NCBI RefSeq assembly: GCF_008831285.2
Contig: NC_045138.2
Coordinates: 7,254,001-7,318,000, forward strand
Length of the DNA: 64,000 nt
Source: Nymphaea colorata
Lineage: Eukaryota
Reading direction: 5' to 3'
Below, piece by piece: positions 37,888 to 51,174 of this stretch. The position numbers were made by a program, and so were the translations under genes. How positions within the stretch are numbered: the first letter of the stretch is position 1; the number at the start of each line of letters is the position of its first letter. Under the pieces are notes generated by a model. The model searched no databases. It had not been told where the DNA came from and worked only from the letters and a program-made list of their open reading frames with translations.

Positions 37888-39334
37888 CTGAGGATGTGCA
37901 TTCAGCCCTGCTGCATAGAATATATTGAAGTCCTTCTTACATGGAGCAATCGCCGTTTTCACCACAAGGTTCCATCTATCTAAGGAGGGCCATGGGTCTG
38001 GTCGTATGGAAAGAGCCATCCAACAGCAAATTCCTCCTTGTGTTTGCCATACGCCGACAAACTGCTGATAATGTTCTTAATGTCCACCCATAGTCGGCAA
38101 CTTATCTCTCTGTTGCTCCTATCCTCTTTGTCATGTGTAAGTTCATTCATGTGTTCCCATATATGCCAACATGCCATTGGAAAGGTCAGCTACCAAATGG
38201 TCTTCAACCATGATACCATCTAACTTTGGGGGCTCTTCTCTCCCACCATTGAAAAGCTTCCTTAATATTCCTCCATATGGGGATCTGAATATCGAATTTC
38301 TGCCCTAACACTTTCCAGCACTTCCTTGTCCACACACAACGAATCAACAAGTGGTCCATGGATTCCTCTTGATTTTCACACATTATGCATCTATTAGCCA
38401 AGGCAAACCTGAACCTCTGGATGCGATCTTCGGTCAGTAACGGACCTTACAAATTGAGGAAGCAGCATCACCTAGCTCTAGGAATGGCTTCCTTTTTCCA
38501 AATTCTAGCCTTGTCAAGGGAGATATCTTTCCACTATCTGATGAGCTCATAGATCTCCCCATGTTTGAGGTTAACTTCCTCTTTTATTGTGAAACATGTG
38601 CATATCTTCACCTTGGGAGAGAGTTGTCTGGCAAAGAACATGCCTAAGCCAAGGGCAACTAAGGACTTGGCTGGCTTCGTCTTTAGGTCTATCATCCCCT
38701 CAATAGAAAGATTTATAAATGGGGACCATCAAATAAGATTTTGACCATGCAGAAGGTGCTCTCTAGCTTTCAGATAAAAACTAAACCTTATTTCCATACC
38801 CCACCTTCCATTGGGCCACGTGGTTCACATCATTCCATCCCCACAATATCTTTTTCCAGGACCAAGAGCAATATGACTTCATTCGGTATGTCTATAGGAT
38901 ATTCTTCTTGAAGTATTTGTTCCTCATAAAAACTCCCCACTGCAAGTTCGACAACCTAGACTGATGGCAAGATGAATCACGCAAGCTTTGTTCAGGAAGT
39001 GGAGCTCCCAAAGTTGTGCACCACCTTATCCATGAGGAAAGCAAATATCTCGTCAACTAACAAGATGTAGTTTGTTTTGTTGGCTATGTCCCCCCAAAGG
39101 AACCTACTGCATTGTCTCTTGAGCAGAGCAATCACATTTAAAAAGACATCATTCAGTAGCTAATAGTTTGATAAAGCACATGCCTAATGAGACAGAGTTT
39201 TCCCTAGTATGATAGGAGCTTACCCTTCCAACTGGCTAGTTTCTTATTTACCTTCTCAATGAGGCTATTGCATCCTCAATTTTCATCTTGCTGATGAAGA
39301 GCAGGAGACTGAGGCAGGTGATGTGGAGGGCTAT
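37888..39334 (-). pseudogene. LINE ORF2 3' part (RT C-terminus, zf-RVT, start of RNase H-like domain)
   Basis: WKGKLLS; HLVS...CFPHG*GGAQL; LLTEDRIQR...ANRCIMCENQEESMDHLLIRCVW; ACWHIWEHMN. Confidence 0.85.
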
Positions 39335-39339
39335 CTTGG

Positions 39340-39639
39340 TAACAAAAATGACTGACAAGAGAAAGATGGCAGGAAGCTCAATTATCTCTCGATGATTTTG
39401 ATAGTGAGCAAATATTATTATTTATAACTTTTCTGTTTCCAAAAATATTGCTTGTAAATGAATCTGTCGGTTACAATCAACAAAATTTGCCATATCTCTT
39501 TTTTTAAGTAATTTCTGTAATTCCAGCTTTATCAACATCCTCAACGTCTTCAATAGTTTCCTCGATTTCTGTCTTCCCATTGATCACATTCTTATCTTTG
39601 AGATCCTTAAAATCACTTCTTTGTTGTTTAGTCTTATCA
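39340..39639 (-). repeat. Copia-2 3' LTR
   Basis: 300-bp direct repeat of 43734-44038. Confidence 0.9.
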
Positions 39640-39649
39640 TGCCTATCAA

Positions 39650-42600
39650 ACTGGGTGGTGTGTGAATGACATCTAGTTTGCTTCTGAGATTTTCAATGGA
39701 AGATTTAGATAAGACCTTTATAAAAATATCTGCAACCTGCTGAGATGAAGGAACATATTGAGTAACTAAGGTCCCCAATGCCACCTTCTCAAGTAAAAAG
39801 TTATAATCCATAGCAACATGTTTCATTCATGAATGGAAAACTGGTTTAATGCTAACTCGTACAGTAGACATGTTGTTGCAGTATAGCTGTGGAGGATCTG
39901 TTATATGAATGCGACATCTTTGAGTATGAAGGAAAGCCATGTTAATTCAGCTACTGTAGAGGACATCGATCTATATTCCGCTTCAGTTGTAGAGCAAGCC
40001 ACCGTTGATTGTTTTTTAGCTGTCCATGAGATAGCATTTGTTCTAATGAATGTGCAAAATCCAGTTGTGGATCATCGCGTCTCTTGGCACCCAGCCCAAT
40101 CTGAATCAGAATAAGCATTCAACAAAAAGCTGACTAAGGTGAAATTATACATCCGAGTTCAATGGTCCCATGAACATATATAAGTGTTCCGTTAACAAGC
40201 AAAAACTGACTTCGAGTAGGCTGCTGCATATATTGATTGGCATACTTTACACTGTAGGTGATGTCAGGACGTGTGAATGTGAGATATTGAAGTCCACCTA
40301 CCAAGCTGCGATAGGGTGTAGGATTAACAAATAGTGGATCTTCAGAGGGTGGCCAAAAGTTCTGAACTAGAGGAGTCACAGCTGGTCTGCAAGTTGTTAG
40401 ATCAGCACGTTCTAAGAGGCTGTATGCATACCACTTTTGATTGAGAAAAATTCCTTGAGGTGTTTTCAGAACCTCAATACCTAGCAAGTGATGTAAACTT
40501 CCTAAATCCTTTATCAAAAACTCTTGATTAAGTTCAGTGATGAATTCTTGAATGAAAAAATTGTTGCTGCCAGTCAAGACTATGTCATCCACACACAATA
40601 ACAAAATGATGGTTCCCTTTTTATTATGGCAAATAGAGAGAGAATAATCTGAAATGCTGCAGAAAAAACCTTTGAAGAGTAGAAAAAAATTGAATCTATC
40701 ATACCATGCCCTTGGAGCTTGCCGGAGTCCGCAGAGAGCTTTATGAAGCCTGCATACATGAGCTGGTTTGGTAGGATCTTCAAATCCTTGTGGCTGCTCT
40801 ACATAAACGGTTTCTTGTAGCTTCCCATGTAGAAAGACATTTTTGACATCAAGTTGCCTAATATCCCAATTTCGAGATAAGGAGATAGTCAACACAATGC
40901 GAATTGTTGTAGGTTTGATGACTGTTGAAAAAGTTTCCATAAAGTCAAGTTTTAGATGATCCAAAGTTCCATCGCTTTTTAGCTTAGTTTTGAAAACCCA
41001 TTTGATGGAGATGACATTCATATATGAAGTTTGAGGTATTAGAGTCCATGTATTGCATAATTTTAATGCTTCTATTTCCTCCATCATTGCTTTACCCAAC
41101 CTAGATGCTTGAATGCCTCTTTGACTATTTTAGATTCCAAAGGAACCGTAAGGGCAGTGAAGTACTTGGGATTCGGTTTAACTGTGCCATATTTTGCACT
41201 TGTGAACATAGAATGTGAATTGATAGTAGATGGTGATTGCGGATCAGATCTGGAATGTGGCATTGGATCAGCGTGAGATGACTCGATGGCATCTTCAAAA
41301 GAGCTAGCATCTGCAACATGAGAGTCATTAGCAAACATAGCAAGTGGTAGATTACTACTTGAAGACAATTCATGGTTGTCATTCTGAGACAGGTTCTAAT
41401 GGATCCATTCTCAAGTTCATCGATAGAGCCAGACTTAGAAGCTTGCTCAACTAACTGTTTGTCATCAAACCATTCCTTGTAGGTGACACCATGAGAATGA
41501 GATATTGTTGAAAATAAATTTTCAGGTTGTTGAAAAGGGAATATAACTTCATCAAAAACACATTTCTGGATATAAAGATCTGACCTGTTGGTCCTTTATG
41601 TGCTAAGCTATACCTATAAAAAAGCAGGGTAAAGTTCTAGGCTCCAACTTGTTCTTAGCATAATCTCAAAGATAAGGGAAACAATGGCTTCCGATGACTC
41701 TCATGCATCCATAATCTGGGCTCTTTTTGAAAGCAAGCTGAAATGGACTTTTCGTATTGATAGTAGGCATGGGCAGTCGATTGATTAACCGCACAACTGT
41801 AGAGAACGCTTCAACCGAAAATTTTGTTGGCACACTGGCATGAAACATCATAGCAAGTCCGAGTTCAACTATAGTTCTATGTCTGTGTTCAACCATTCCA
41901 TTATGAGGAGGAGTTTTAGGACTTGCTTTTAAATGTTGGATACTGTATTCTCGTAGGTAGGAAGCAAGAGTGTTAATATTAAATTCCCCACCTTCATCGG
42001 TTTGAAAAATTTTTATTTTCCCAAACTGATTTTCCACAAACTTGTGAAAAAATTTAAAAATCTCATAAAATTTACACAACTGGGAAGGTCCTTATAAATC
42101 ACAGTGCACACGACCAAGAAATTCGTCACAATGCTCTTCAACAAAAAGATATAGAAGACAACATGACTTAGCTAATTGATAGCTGGAACATAAAAAGCTA
42201 CTACTAGATGGGCCAAGAACTCTAATGGCCTTTTTATTGACCAAAAACTCTACTACCTGCTGGTTGATGTGGCCAAGGCGATGATGCCACACTTCTTTAT
42301 TTGCTCCATGAAATTGGACTGAGAAAAATGCCTTGTGATTTTCTTGAAATTTTGACTTTGCTCTTACATTTTTCAGCATGTAAAGTCCATCATGTTTGGT
42401 TTTGGATGTCACAATTTGGCGATTCCTCTTGTCCTTTACAAAAAAACTATTTGCCAAGAATTCAAATATATATGGCATGTCTGCAGTTAATTGACTGACT
42501 GAAATTAGATTCTTTTCAATTTCTGAAACCACCAAAACATTTTTGATAACAATAGAATTTTGCCCATCATGAACAATAGCATTTCTCACATGTGTGATGT

Positions 42601-43710
42601 CAAGTTTCTGACCATTGCCTACCATTATCTTTCTGAACCGTAGTATTTAGTTGAAGTATTGAGATTACTTGCACCTAATGTGATGTGAGCAGATGCTCCA
42701 GTATCTGGGCACCATTGTTGATCTTGACCATCCACAACCTTCATTGCAGCTAGCACCTGAGGAACTTGTTTGGGTTGGAACGTTTGATTAAAACAATGCC
42801 AGCAATTAAGTGCAAAATGATTTCTTTTGTTGCAGATTTGGCACAGACTCCCTTTTGGGAGGCATTTGGACTGATTGAGATTATTGTTTTCCCTTTTGTC
42901 GCTGTTTAATGAAGTCCCTTGGCTGGCTTGATGAAATTCACGTCCCTTAGAATTGAACATCTGATTTTTATTTCACTTATAGTGCTGATTTTGGACATGC
43001 TGATTCATAAAGGCCACCTAAGTGCCTGAAATATCTCCATATATATTTCTTACTGTCTCATGGCTTTCAAGCAAGGCAATGACTTCCAAGTATGGTGGAG
43101 TTGGATGACGCATATAGGACGTTCTAAAGGATTCATATTTTGGCCCGAGACTGATCAATAACCAAAAGGCCTTAGATTGGTCTGAGACTGGTTTTCCAAT
43201 GACGGCGAGTTCGTCGCATATAATTTTGAAAAATCTGGTGTATTTAGCAATACTTAGATTGCCTTTCCGATTCATCTGAAGTCTTTGCATAAGGAGCATT
43301 TCTTGCTCCTGCGACTCATAAGTAAATCTTCGATTTAGAGTATCCCATACCTGTTTGGAGGTTTTTAGGCTGGCTACTAACACCAATATTTCTTCAGATA
43401 GGGTTCCTATGATCCATCCACGCAGCAACCGATCTGATCTTTGCCAGGCATTGAAATCTGGATTCAATTCTTGTTCAGCTGCAGTGATATTGCCTCCATT
43501 GTTACTGTTGCTGGGAAGATATCTGTCAGGCACGGGAGTTTTCCCATTGACAAATCTTATCATGTTCTGACTTTCGATTAGTCCTAGCACCTGCGTTTGC
43601 CATAAAAGAAAATTAGACTAGGTCAATTTGATGGAAACAAAATTGGTGGTGTTAAGGTTGAAAGAATATGGGTATTTGATGGAGGCAGTCAGCGAGCTTT
43701 GTGAGGCCAT
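39650..43710 (-). pseudogene. Copia-2 gag-pol, decayed
   Basis: FLLWQTQVLGLIESQ; WQRSDRLLRGWIIGTLSEE; CQICNKRNHFALNC; WCPDTGASAHIT; WHHRLGH; FQTDEGGEF; LRQAPRAWY; LLCVDDIVLTG; YRSLVGGLQYL; KHVAMDYNFL. Confidence 0.9.
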
Positions 43711-43733
43711 AGAATCGTATGGCTCTGATACCA

Positions 43734-44038
43734 TAATAAAAATGACTGACAAGAGAAAGAAGGGCAGGAAGCTCAACTATCTCTCAATGATTTTGATAGT
43801 GAGCAAATATTGTTATTTATAACTTTTCTGTTTCCAAAAATATTGCCTGTAAAATGAATTCTATTGGTTACAATCAACAAAATCTGCCGTATCTCTTTTT
43901 TTCAAGTAATTTTTGTAATTCCAGCTTCGTCAACATCCTCAACGTCTTCAACAGTTTTCTTGATTTCTGTCTTCCCATTGATCACATTCTTATCTTTGAG
44001 ATCCCTAAAATCATGTCTTTCTTGTTTACTCTTTATCA
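43734..44038 (-). repeat. Copia-2 5' LTR
   Basis: 305-bp direct repeat adjacent to the PBS. Confidence 0.9.
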
Positions 44039-44043
44039 CTTGG

Positions 44044-44407
44044 ACCAACCAAGGGCTTGTGAAATAGACTCGCTTTCAATGTCATTCAAGTGGAAAGGGA
44101 TAATCTCCCACTTTTGATTGTTAACAACGAGGCCAGCTTCCACCTCGAAGTCGTGGAAGATCCTTTTTACCTCATGAATGCAATCCCTCTTCGCCTTATA
44201 GATGACCATAATATCGTGTACATTGCGTGGTCCTTTAATTTTAGGGACTTTAATGTGTTGCTCTCGAACCGCTCATTTGAGACTACATGAAAAGATCTCT
44301 ACTACCACAATGGACAGGTATGGGGAGAGAGGGTCCACTTGACGGAGTTCTCTCTAACAACCGAAGTAATCCCCCTCCCAACCGTTGATAACTAGGGTGT
44401 AATAGAA
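44044..44407 (-). pseudogene. LINE RT core fragment
   Basis: YTLVING...LRQ(G)DPLSPYL...decayed YADD motif (HAMY..DIMV)...AGLVVNNQK. Confidence 0.8.
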
Positions 44408-46505
44408 ATCAACTGTGCCCACTGTTCAAGGCTGGAAAGCGGTCACTCTCGCCTGAAGGCGTCAGCGCATCAGGCAAAGCCCCAAGGACGTGGCACCAAA
44501 TCCAACAGACCAAAACAGATCTGGAAACAGATTCTCGGCTCTAAATCAGGAAAATCAAGACGATGAGGTAACTGAATAGCATGGCATCCCAACGGCTCAG
44601 GAAAGGGATAAGGCCCTCTGGGATGATACAACACTAAGAAGTCTAAGTAACAACCGTCCTCATCCTACAAGGAGGGCCATGTCAAGAAGTCCGTAAATGG
44701 AGCATCCAACACCACTACTAAGATCTCTCCCTCTCCGAGAGGATTCACATCCATATCAAAGGATGCCTCCCTACATCCTCGCCAACATAGTAAGCCAATC
44801 CCGATGGCTCTGCTACCTGGATTCACTCCTACTGCTGACCTGGAGACTATTGTTGATGGAGCACCGAAGGAGCTGAAGACGACGCCCCTGAACCAGAGGG
44901 AAGCTTCGGCTCTCACTGAGCCCCCAGGTAAACTTCCAATATCTCCTCCCATTAGTGGTCGTGCAGATGCTCCATCTTGTCAGCACGGGCAGGCCAAAGT
45001 TACTGGTGGAGGAAGGGTTGCTTGTGCAGGAAGGGCCCAGGCTGGGTGTGCAGGTACTTTAGATTCGATGAAAGATACCATGGTTGTTGACATCGCCAGC
45101 AAGGAACATGTTAGCGATGGCACCGGAGATTATGCCTCCTAGAAAGCCTATGATGGGGGCAGTGATAGTCAGGTGGACAACATGGAGGCAAAAAGTGAGG
45201 GTGAAGAACCCCTAGAAGATGGACGCTAGTTTGAATCCTACCATTTCCCTCTAGCAGTATGACAATAGCAATTTTTTCTTGGAATGTCAGAGGATTTGCT
45301 TGTGAAGTAGGCCAAAGAGACATGCTTCTGACGATTCAAGAATTCAGACAAGAAAATCTTCTTTATTTTGGACCCTATGATGTATGATCCGACTTCAGAG
45401 TCTTCCAAGGATTTAGTAAAAAATGAGATATTATGCCTTCTCTACGAATACAAACAGTTGGGATGAACCAAGGAGGAAATTGTTGGTTGAAACCCGACCA
45501 CTACAATAGAGTCCTGGACCCTTCCTAGATCAAATCGAATTTTTCCCTTAGAGGAAGTGATTTTCAATACTCAGTCATTGGGGTCTACCTCCACCCGAAT
45601 TGCCTCATGCGAAGGATGTCATTCCAAGCTATATGTTCTACCCTCCAAACGGAAAGATAGCCCACTGCGATAATGGGTGACTTTAATGCTCTTAGAAGAC
45701 CTCAAGACAAAACCGGCAGAGCCCCGAGCAGATCGTCTTGCAATGATTTTAACGAATCCACTCTTAGCTATGGTAACATCTGGGCATGTATCAGCTCCCT
45801 TATGCTAGAACTGGATACAATCCAACAAAACACAGAGATGGCTCCTATTAAAAAAAGCAACATTGATGGAATGATAAGGACAGAACTAAAATCGTCCCTC
45901 AAGGAAGAGATTTTTTTGGAGACAAAAAGCCTGTGTTAAATGGCTGTCGGAAGGCAACCGTAACAGAAAACTTTTTCAGTCTCAATGTCAGTCCAAAACA
46001 TGGACGAACATAATCAATGTGGTGTAGGCAGGCAATGACAGGTCGAGTGTTCACAGCAACTTCAAGAGAAATTTTAGTGAGTTTTATGGTGATGGCGGCT
46101 TGGGATATTGCCTCGTTCAAGGTTTAATTGAAAGGACATAGATTGCAGAGCAAGAAAATCATCTTTTGGGCAGCCAGTTGACAAGGAAGAGATTCAGAGG
46201 GCAGTCAAAAACCTCGGCAATGATAAAGCCCCAGGCCTTGATAGTTTTGTTGGGAGTTTTTTAAAAATATTGGCACGTCATAAGAATCGGGACCAGCGCG
46301 CCTTTCTTCTCAATAGATACATTTATGAACAAGTGCTGCTATGCCATGAGATGATTAATAGTTTGGACAATCATTATGGCAAGTCGGTACTCCTCTATAT
46401 GGATTTGTCTAAAGCCTATGAGAGAGTCAAATGGAAATTCTTGAGAGAAGCACTAATCTATCTTGAATTCAATACTTAATGGGTAAGTAAGATCATGACA
46501 TGCAT
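44408..46505 (+). pseudogene. Inverted LINE segment: ORF1 zinc knuckle and tail, APE endonuclease, RT N-terminus
   Basis: CAHC at about 44414; MTIAIFSWNVRG at about 45259; MGDFNA; DKAPGLDSF; QRAFL...HEMI...DLSKAYERVKWKFL...WVSKIMTC. Confidence 0.85.
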
Positions 46506-47330
46506 GGGAATTACTCATGTTCTACCCTTTGCAGGCGAATGCTGTTTTTTTTTGCATTCCAACTTTATTGCTGACTGAGGGAGAAGGAAAGCGGAACCTT
46601 TACATAGATGAGGGCGTATCCCATTCATAGCTTGGTTTTCATGAATGTGTTAACTTCTATCAGCTCCCCTCCCAATGCCCATGCCACACCACCATATACT
46701 CTCTTGTTCTAGAGTATGGAAGAGAGGCCGGAGAATCTCACCCGTAAGGAGATTTCCACCAGTCCTCGATGCACAAATCCATTCCTGACTTCCATCGACT
46801 TGCCATCAGTAATTGGCTGGCCACTTTCCGTGCATATTTCTTAACAATGCTCTCAAGTTCATCCCATGAGTCAACCCTTACCAAGAAATAGACCCTGTTT
46901 ACGAAAGAAAACTGTGGGTTCCAAACCTCCTTCCATCGTGTGCCGAAACTATCGATGATGTAGCTCGGTTCCATCGTCCCCCTTGTCGCTCCTCCAAGAA
47001 AACAAGTGTTCGCCATAAACCGGTAGGGTTTCATCATTTCCTACAGGTCCTCCTCAGGAATGAGCACCCTCAGCTGCCCGTTCATCATGTGCACCTCCAA
47101 CTTTTCTTCTTCCCCATCCCACGATCGCAACGGAGCAGCTCAGGAGCCTTTTCCATCGTCCTGCAATGAGTTGGGTCTAACCCCGACTCCATGTGAGCTG
47201 CACAGGCCAAAGAGGGCTTAAATCCTTCTTCCGTAGATCGTCAAAAGTGGGGTCAATCACCGGTTGCACTGAGCCTCCAGCAGTGGAAAGTTCGGAGGGG
47301 CCAGCTCTGCCCCCATGTGTTCGGATTCAT
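46506..47330 (-). pseudogene. LINE ORF1 5' part (DUF4283-like)
   Basis: RWKEVW...YFLVRVDSWDELESI...LLMASRW, then GYALIYVKV and RVEHE*FP, resembling plant LINE ORF1. Confidence 0.65.
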
Positions 47331-47384
47331 ACTCGGCAGCATTGCCGCAGTGTTATCGATCTCATCGACGAACATAGAGAGCTG

Positions 47385-47818
47385 TGAAGAAAGTTAATGC
47401 AAAAAACAAAAATGTGCATTATGAAGAAGGTGAAGGGTCCAACTTTTGGGTTCCCCAATAAGTCGCATGACAAGTGCTTCTTCAGCTTGCCTACTTTAAT
47501 TTTCAGTTTTTTGTTTTTAATGCATATGTCAATTATGGCCATAGTGGAATTACCAAGAGTCATCATTTATTTTTCAGTTTTTTTTGTCATGTATATATAT
47601 GGCCCTTTGGGTCAGCCTAATGTATATGAGAAAGGCTTTCAAGTGTGCTCAACGTTTTCTTGTCATGTGCTTAAATCTTTGCTGCCTTGTGTCATGCTTT
47701 GTGACCACTTGAAGAAATAAGTGGTGGATTAGTTGTTGTGTTGTTCTTGTGCTATATTTGTATCATTTACAGGAGCACAAGAAGAGGACGTGAAGGCAGG
47801 TGATTCCTTAAGCAAACA
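47385..47818 (+). repeat. Copia-3 5' LTR
   Basis: TG...CA ends, followed by the PBS. Confidence 0.85.
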
Positions 47819-47967
47819 GTGGTATCAGAGTTCGAGGTTGATCCATTCTAAGCATCATTGTGTTGTCGGGATTGTTGGTAAAAGTGTAAAAGAGAAGCCT
47901 GTAATGTAAAACAAATCTGCACACAACTTGTTCGACAAAATTTTTGTGGCAAATTTTTTCGCTCATT

Positions 47968-50900
47968 ATGGCTAATGGCATGACCACTTTAAATATTTTT
48001 CAATCTCTCATACCTATATTTAATGGAGATAATTATGGATTTTGGAGCATAAAAATGAAAACTTTCTTTTTGTCACAAGATCTTTGGGTTCTAGTTGAGA
48101 ATGACTATATAGAAAGTGCAGAGAGCTCCAAACAAGAAGAAAAGATGGTTGAATTAAGAGAGCAACAGAAGAAGGATTCAAAAGCCTAACTTGTTCTTCA
48201 ACAAGTTGTAAGTGAGATTATCTTTCCTCGAATTGTTGGTGCTACTAGTTCAAATGAAGCTTGGACTATTCTCAAGCAAGAATATCATAGTGATAAGAAT
48301 GTAACGATGGTGAAACTCCAAACCCTTCGTAAACAGTTTGAAACAATGAATCGATCCAAGCATTTTTTTAAGAGCTTTCATAATTATAAATGAGATGAAA
48401 ACTTTTGGAGAGGTTGTTAGTAACCAGAAAATTGTAGAAAAAATATTGAGGAGTTTACCACCTAAATTTGATCATGTGGTTACGGCTATAGAAGCGTCTA
48501 AGGATTTGACTGCATACTCTACTAATGAATTATTGGGTTCTCTTTTAGCCCATGAACAAAGAATGAACAGGTCAACTGAGAAAAGTGTAGAACAAGCATT
48601 CCGAGCCCAAGTCAAGTTGGATGAATTTTGCAAAGAGAGAAAGGGAGCAACTGTACGAAAGAATACAAGTCGCAGGCAAGGTATAGGTAACTATCATGGA
48701 CATGGACGAGGAAGATTTGAGACAGGCATAAACAAGTCAGAAGGTAGTGACACAAACAATAAAAAACATGACCATAAAAATAGGTACTATGTTTTTTGTA
48801 AAAGAAATGGTCATACTAAAGCATATTGTTGGGACAAAGCAAAACAACAAGCTAATGTAGTGGAAGAGAAAGGAGAAGATGGTAACTTGTTTTTTACTCA
48901 TACAGAGTCAACAAAAAATATTAATCATGTATGGTTTTTAGATAGTGGATGCAGTAATCATATGACAGGAAAGAGAGACTTGTTTTGTAACATTGTTGAA
49001 TCAGTGAAGCAACAAGTTCGACTTGGAGACAACAAAAGTGTGCAAATTGATTGTAAAGGCACAATTGAGATACCAATTAAAGGTGTTACTAAAAGGTTAG
49101 TACATGGTGTTTATTATATACATGGGTTATATATAACTTGCTAAGTCTTGGACAGTTTGCACAAAAAGGATATTTGATTTCATTTCATGATAATGTATGT
49201 AAAATAAAAAAGAACTGTTCTAACATGCCACCTATAGTAGTGTACATGACAAAGAACAAAATGTTTCCAATTGAGCTTTCACACTTTGATGCATATGCTT
49301 TAGTTGCATACATGAATAAAATGTCTAAGTTATGTCACTTAAGATATGGACACTTGCACTACAATGGACTGAAGTTATTGGGGCAGAAAAATTAGTTGTT
49401 GGTTTACTTCATCTTACTATTAATGAAGATATTTCTGAAGAATGTGTGTATGGAAAACAACATCGTCTTCCATTTCTAGTTGAAAAAGCATGGAGAGCGA
49501 AAGCTCATTTAGAATTAGTACATGCTGACATTTGTGAACCAATAAAAACTCCATCTCTAAATAATAGTAGATATTTTTTACTATTTATTGATGATTTTGC
49601 TCGCATGAGTTGGGTGTTTTTTCTTATTAAAAAATAAAAGCCTTTGAGAAATTCAAGAAATTTAAAGTATTTGCAGGAAAAAAATGTGGGCGACCTATAA
49701 AAATATTTTGTATTGATAGAGGGGGAGAATTTCTGTCAAATGGTTTTGAAAATTTCTGCAAATTACATGGTATGCGTAGACAATTAACGGTAAGAAAAAT
49801 TTCCTAACAAAATTGAGTTGCTGAAAAAAAAAACCGTACAGTGATAGAGATGGCTCGTAGCATGTTGAATGAGAAGCATCTTCCAAATAAGTTTTGGGCT
49901 GAAGTAGTGGCTACAACTGTGTATCATCTCAACATATCACCAACCAAAGCAGTCTGCAATATGACTCCATATGAAGCATGGTCGGAGAAAAGACCTGATG
50001 TAAGTAATTTAAAAGTTTTTGGATGCATTGTCTACTCTTTGTTTGATTCTAGTAGTTGAGACAAAATGGATAAAAAGAGTAAGAAATGTATTTTTTTGGG
50101 TTATAGACTATACAATCTGGTAGCAAAGTCTTTAATCATTTGGTGTGATATCATTTTTTATGAGAATTGATCATGGGAGTTGACAACAATAGAAGATCAA
50201 CATATTCCATTTGTTGAATCAACTTCTCATTCAAATTCATCATCGTCAAGTGCTACTCATTCAAAAGAGACCAATTCAAATCATGAAGAAGATGTCGAAA
50301 TAATTACAGATGGATCTTGTCCACCAAGAAAGGTACAATCTCTACATGACATATATGCTTCTTGTTCATTTGCTTTTATGATAACTGAACTATCATGTTA
50401 AAATTCAAAGACAGTATGATAAGTGAGTTCGAAATGTCAGATTTGGGTTTATTGCATTTCTTCCTTGGTCTTCAAGTTGTCCAAATAAATAATGGCATGT
50501 TTATCTCTCAAGAAAATATGCATTAAAGCTACTTAAAAGGTATACTATGTTGCATTGCATGTCGTGTTCTACTCCCATGAATGCAGGCGAAAAATTGATT
50601 TTGTTTCATGGGATTGCTAAGGCCAATGAAACATTGTTTAGAGGTCTAGTTGGTGGCTTGTTATATTTGACTCATACACGACCAGATATTTTATTTGTTG
50701 TTAGCTTGGTATACAGGTTCATGCACAATCCATCATTACACCATCTGGGGGCAGCAAAACGTGTTTTGCATTACATCCGTGAAACTATCATAGTGTTCAA
50801 AAAAAGCAAAGTACGACGACATTATCATCTTCGGAAGCAGAGTATATTGCTGTAACTGCAGCTACTTGTCAGACAATTTGGATTCGTCGAGTTTTGGAAG

Positions 50901-51165
50901 ATCTTGGTTAAAGTTAAACTGAAGGAACACCAATTCATTATGATAACAAGGCAACTATAGCAATGACAAGAAATCCGATTTACCATAGACGGACAAAACA
51001 TATTGAACTTCGTCATCATTTCATTTGTGAGATTGTTGGTAAAGGTCAAATCGTGTTGAAGTATTACTCAACCAATGAGCAAGTTGCGGATGGGTTTACT
51101 AAAGCACTTTCATACCTAAAAATTGTGAAGTTTTGGTCTCACCTTGGTGTCTCAAACTTTGCATT
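47968..51165 (+). pseudogene. Copia-3 gag-pol, decayed
   Basis: IPIFNGDNYGFWSIKMK; VEKILRSLPPKFDHVVTAIE; WFLDSGCSNHMTG; HLRYGHL; LELVHADIC; EMARSML...FWAEVV; deletion near 50400; GGLLYLTHTRPDI; RTKHIELRHHFI. Confidence 0.9.
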
Positions 51166-51174
51166 AAGAGGGAG

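Larger units (their letters stand above)
39340..44038 (-). mobile_element. Ty1/Copia LTR retrotransposon (Copia-2, Ale/Retrofit-like) inserted in the LINE RT
   Basis: LTRs 39340-39639 and 43734-44038; TSD CTTGG (39335-39339 / 44039-44043); perfect Met PBS TGGTATCAGAGCC (43733-43721); gag, PR, IN, RT and RH fragments on the minus strand. Confidence 0.95.
10938..47367 (-). mobile_element. Old L1-clade LINE, now in pieces (host of the nested LTR/hAT insertions; internal inversion)
   Basis: Pieces: ORF1 DUF4283-like region at ~46506-47100 (-); zinc knuckle, endonuclease and RT N-terminus at 44408-46505 (+, inverted); RT core at 44044-44407 (-); RT C-terminus and zf-RVT at 37888-39334 (-); RNase H-like tail at ~10990-11075 (-). 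Candidate TSD ACGAATATGGAGCTGTGAAG (10918-10937) / ACGAACATAGAGAGCTGTGAAG (47368-47389). The outer limits are less certain than the domain calls. Confidence 0.65.
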
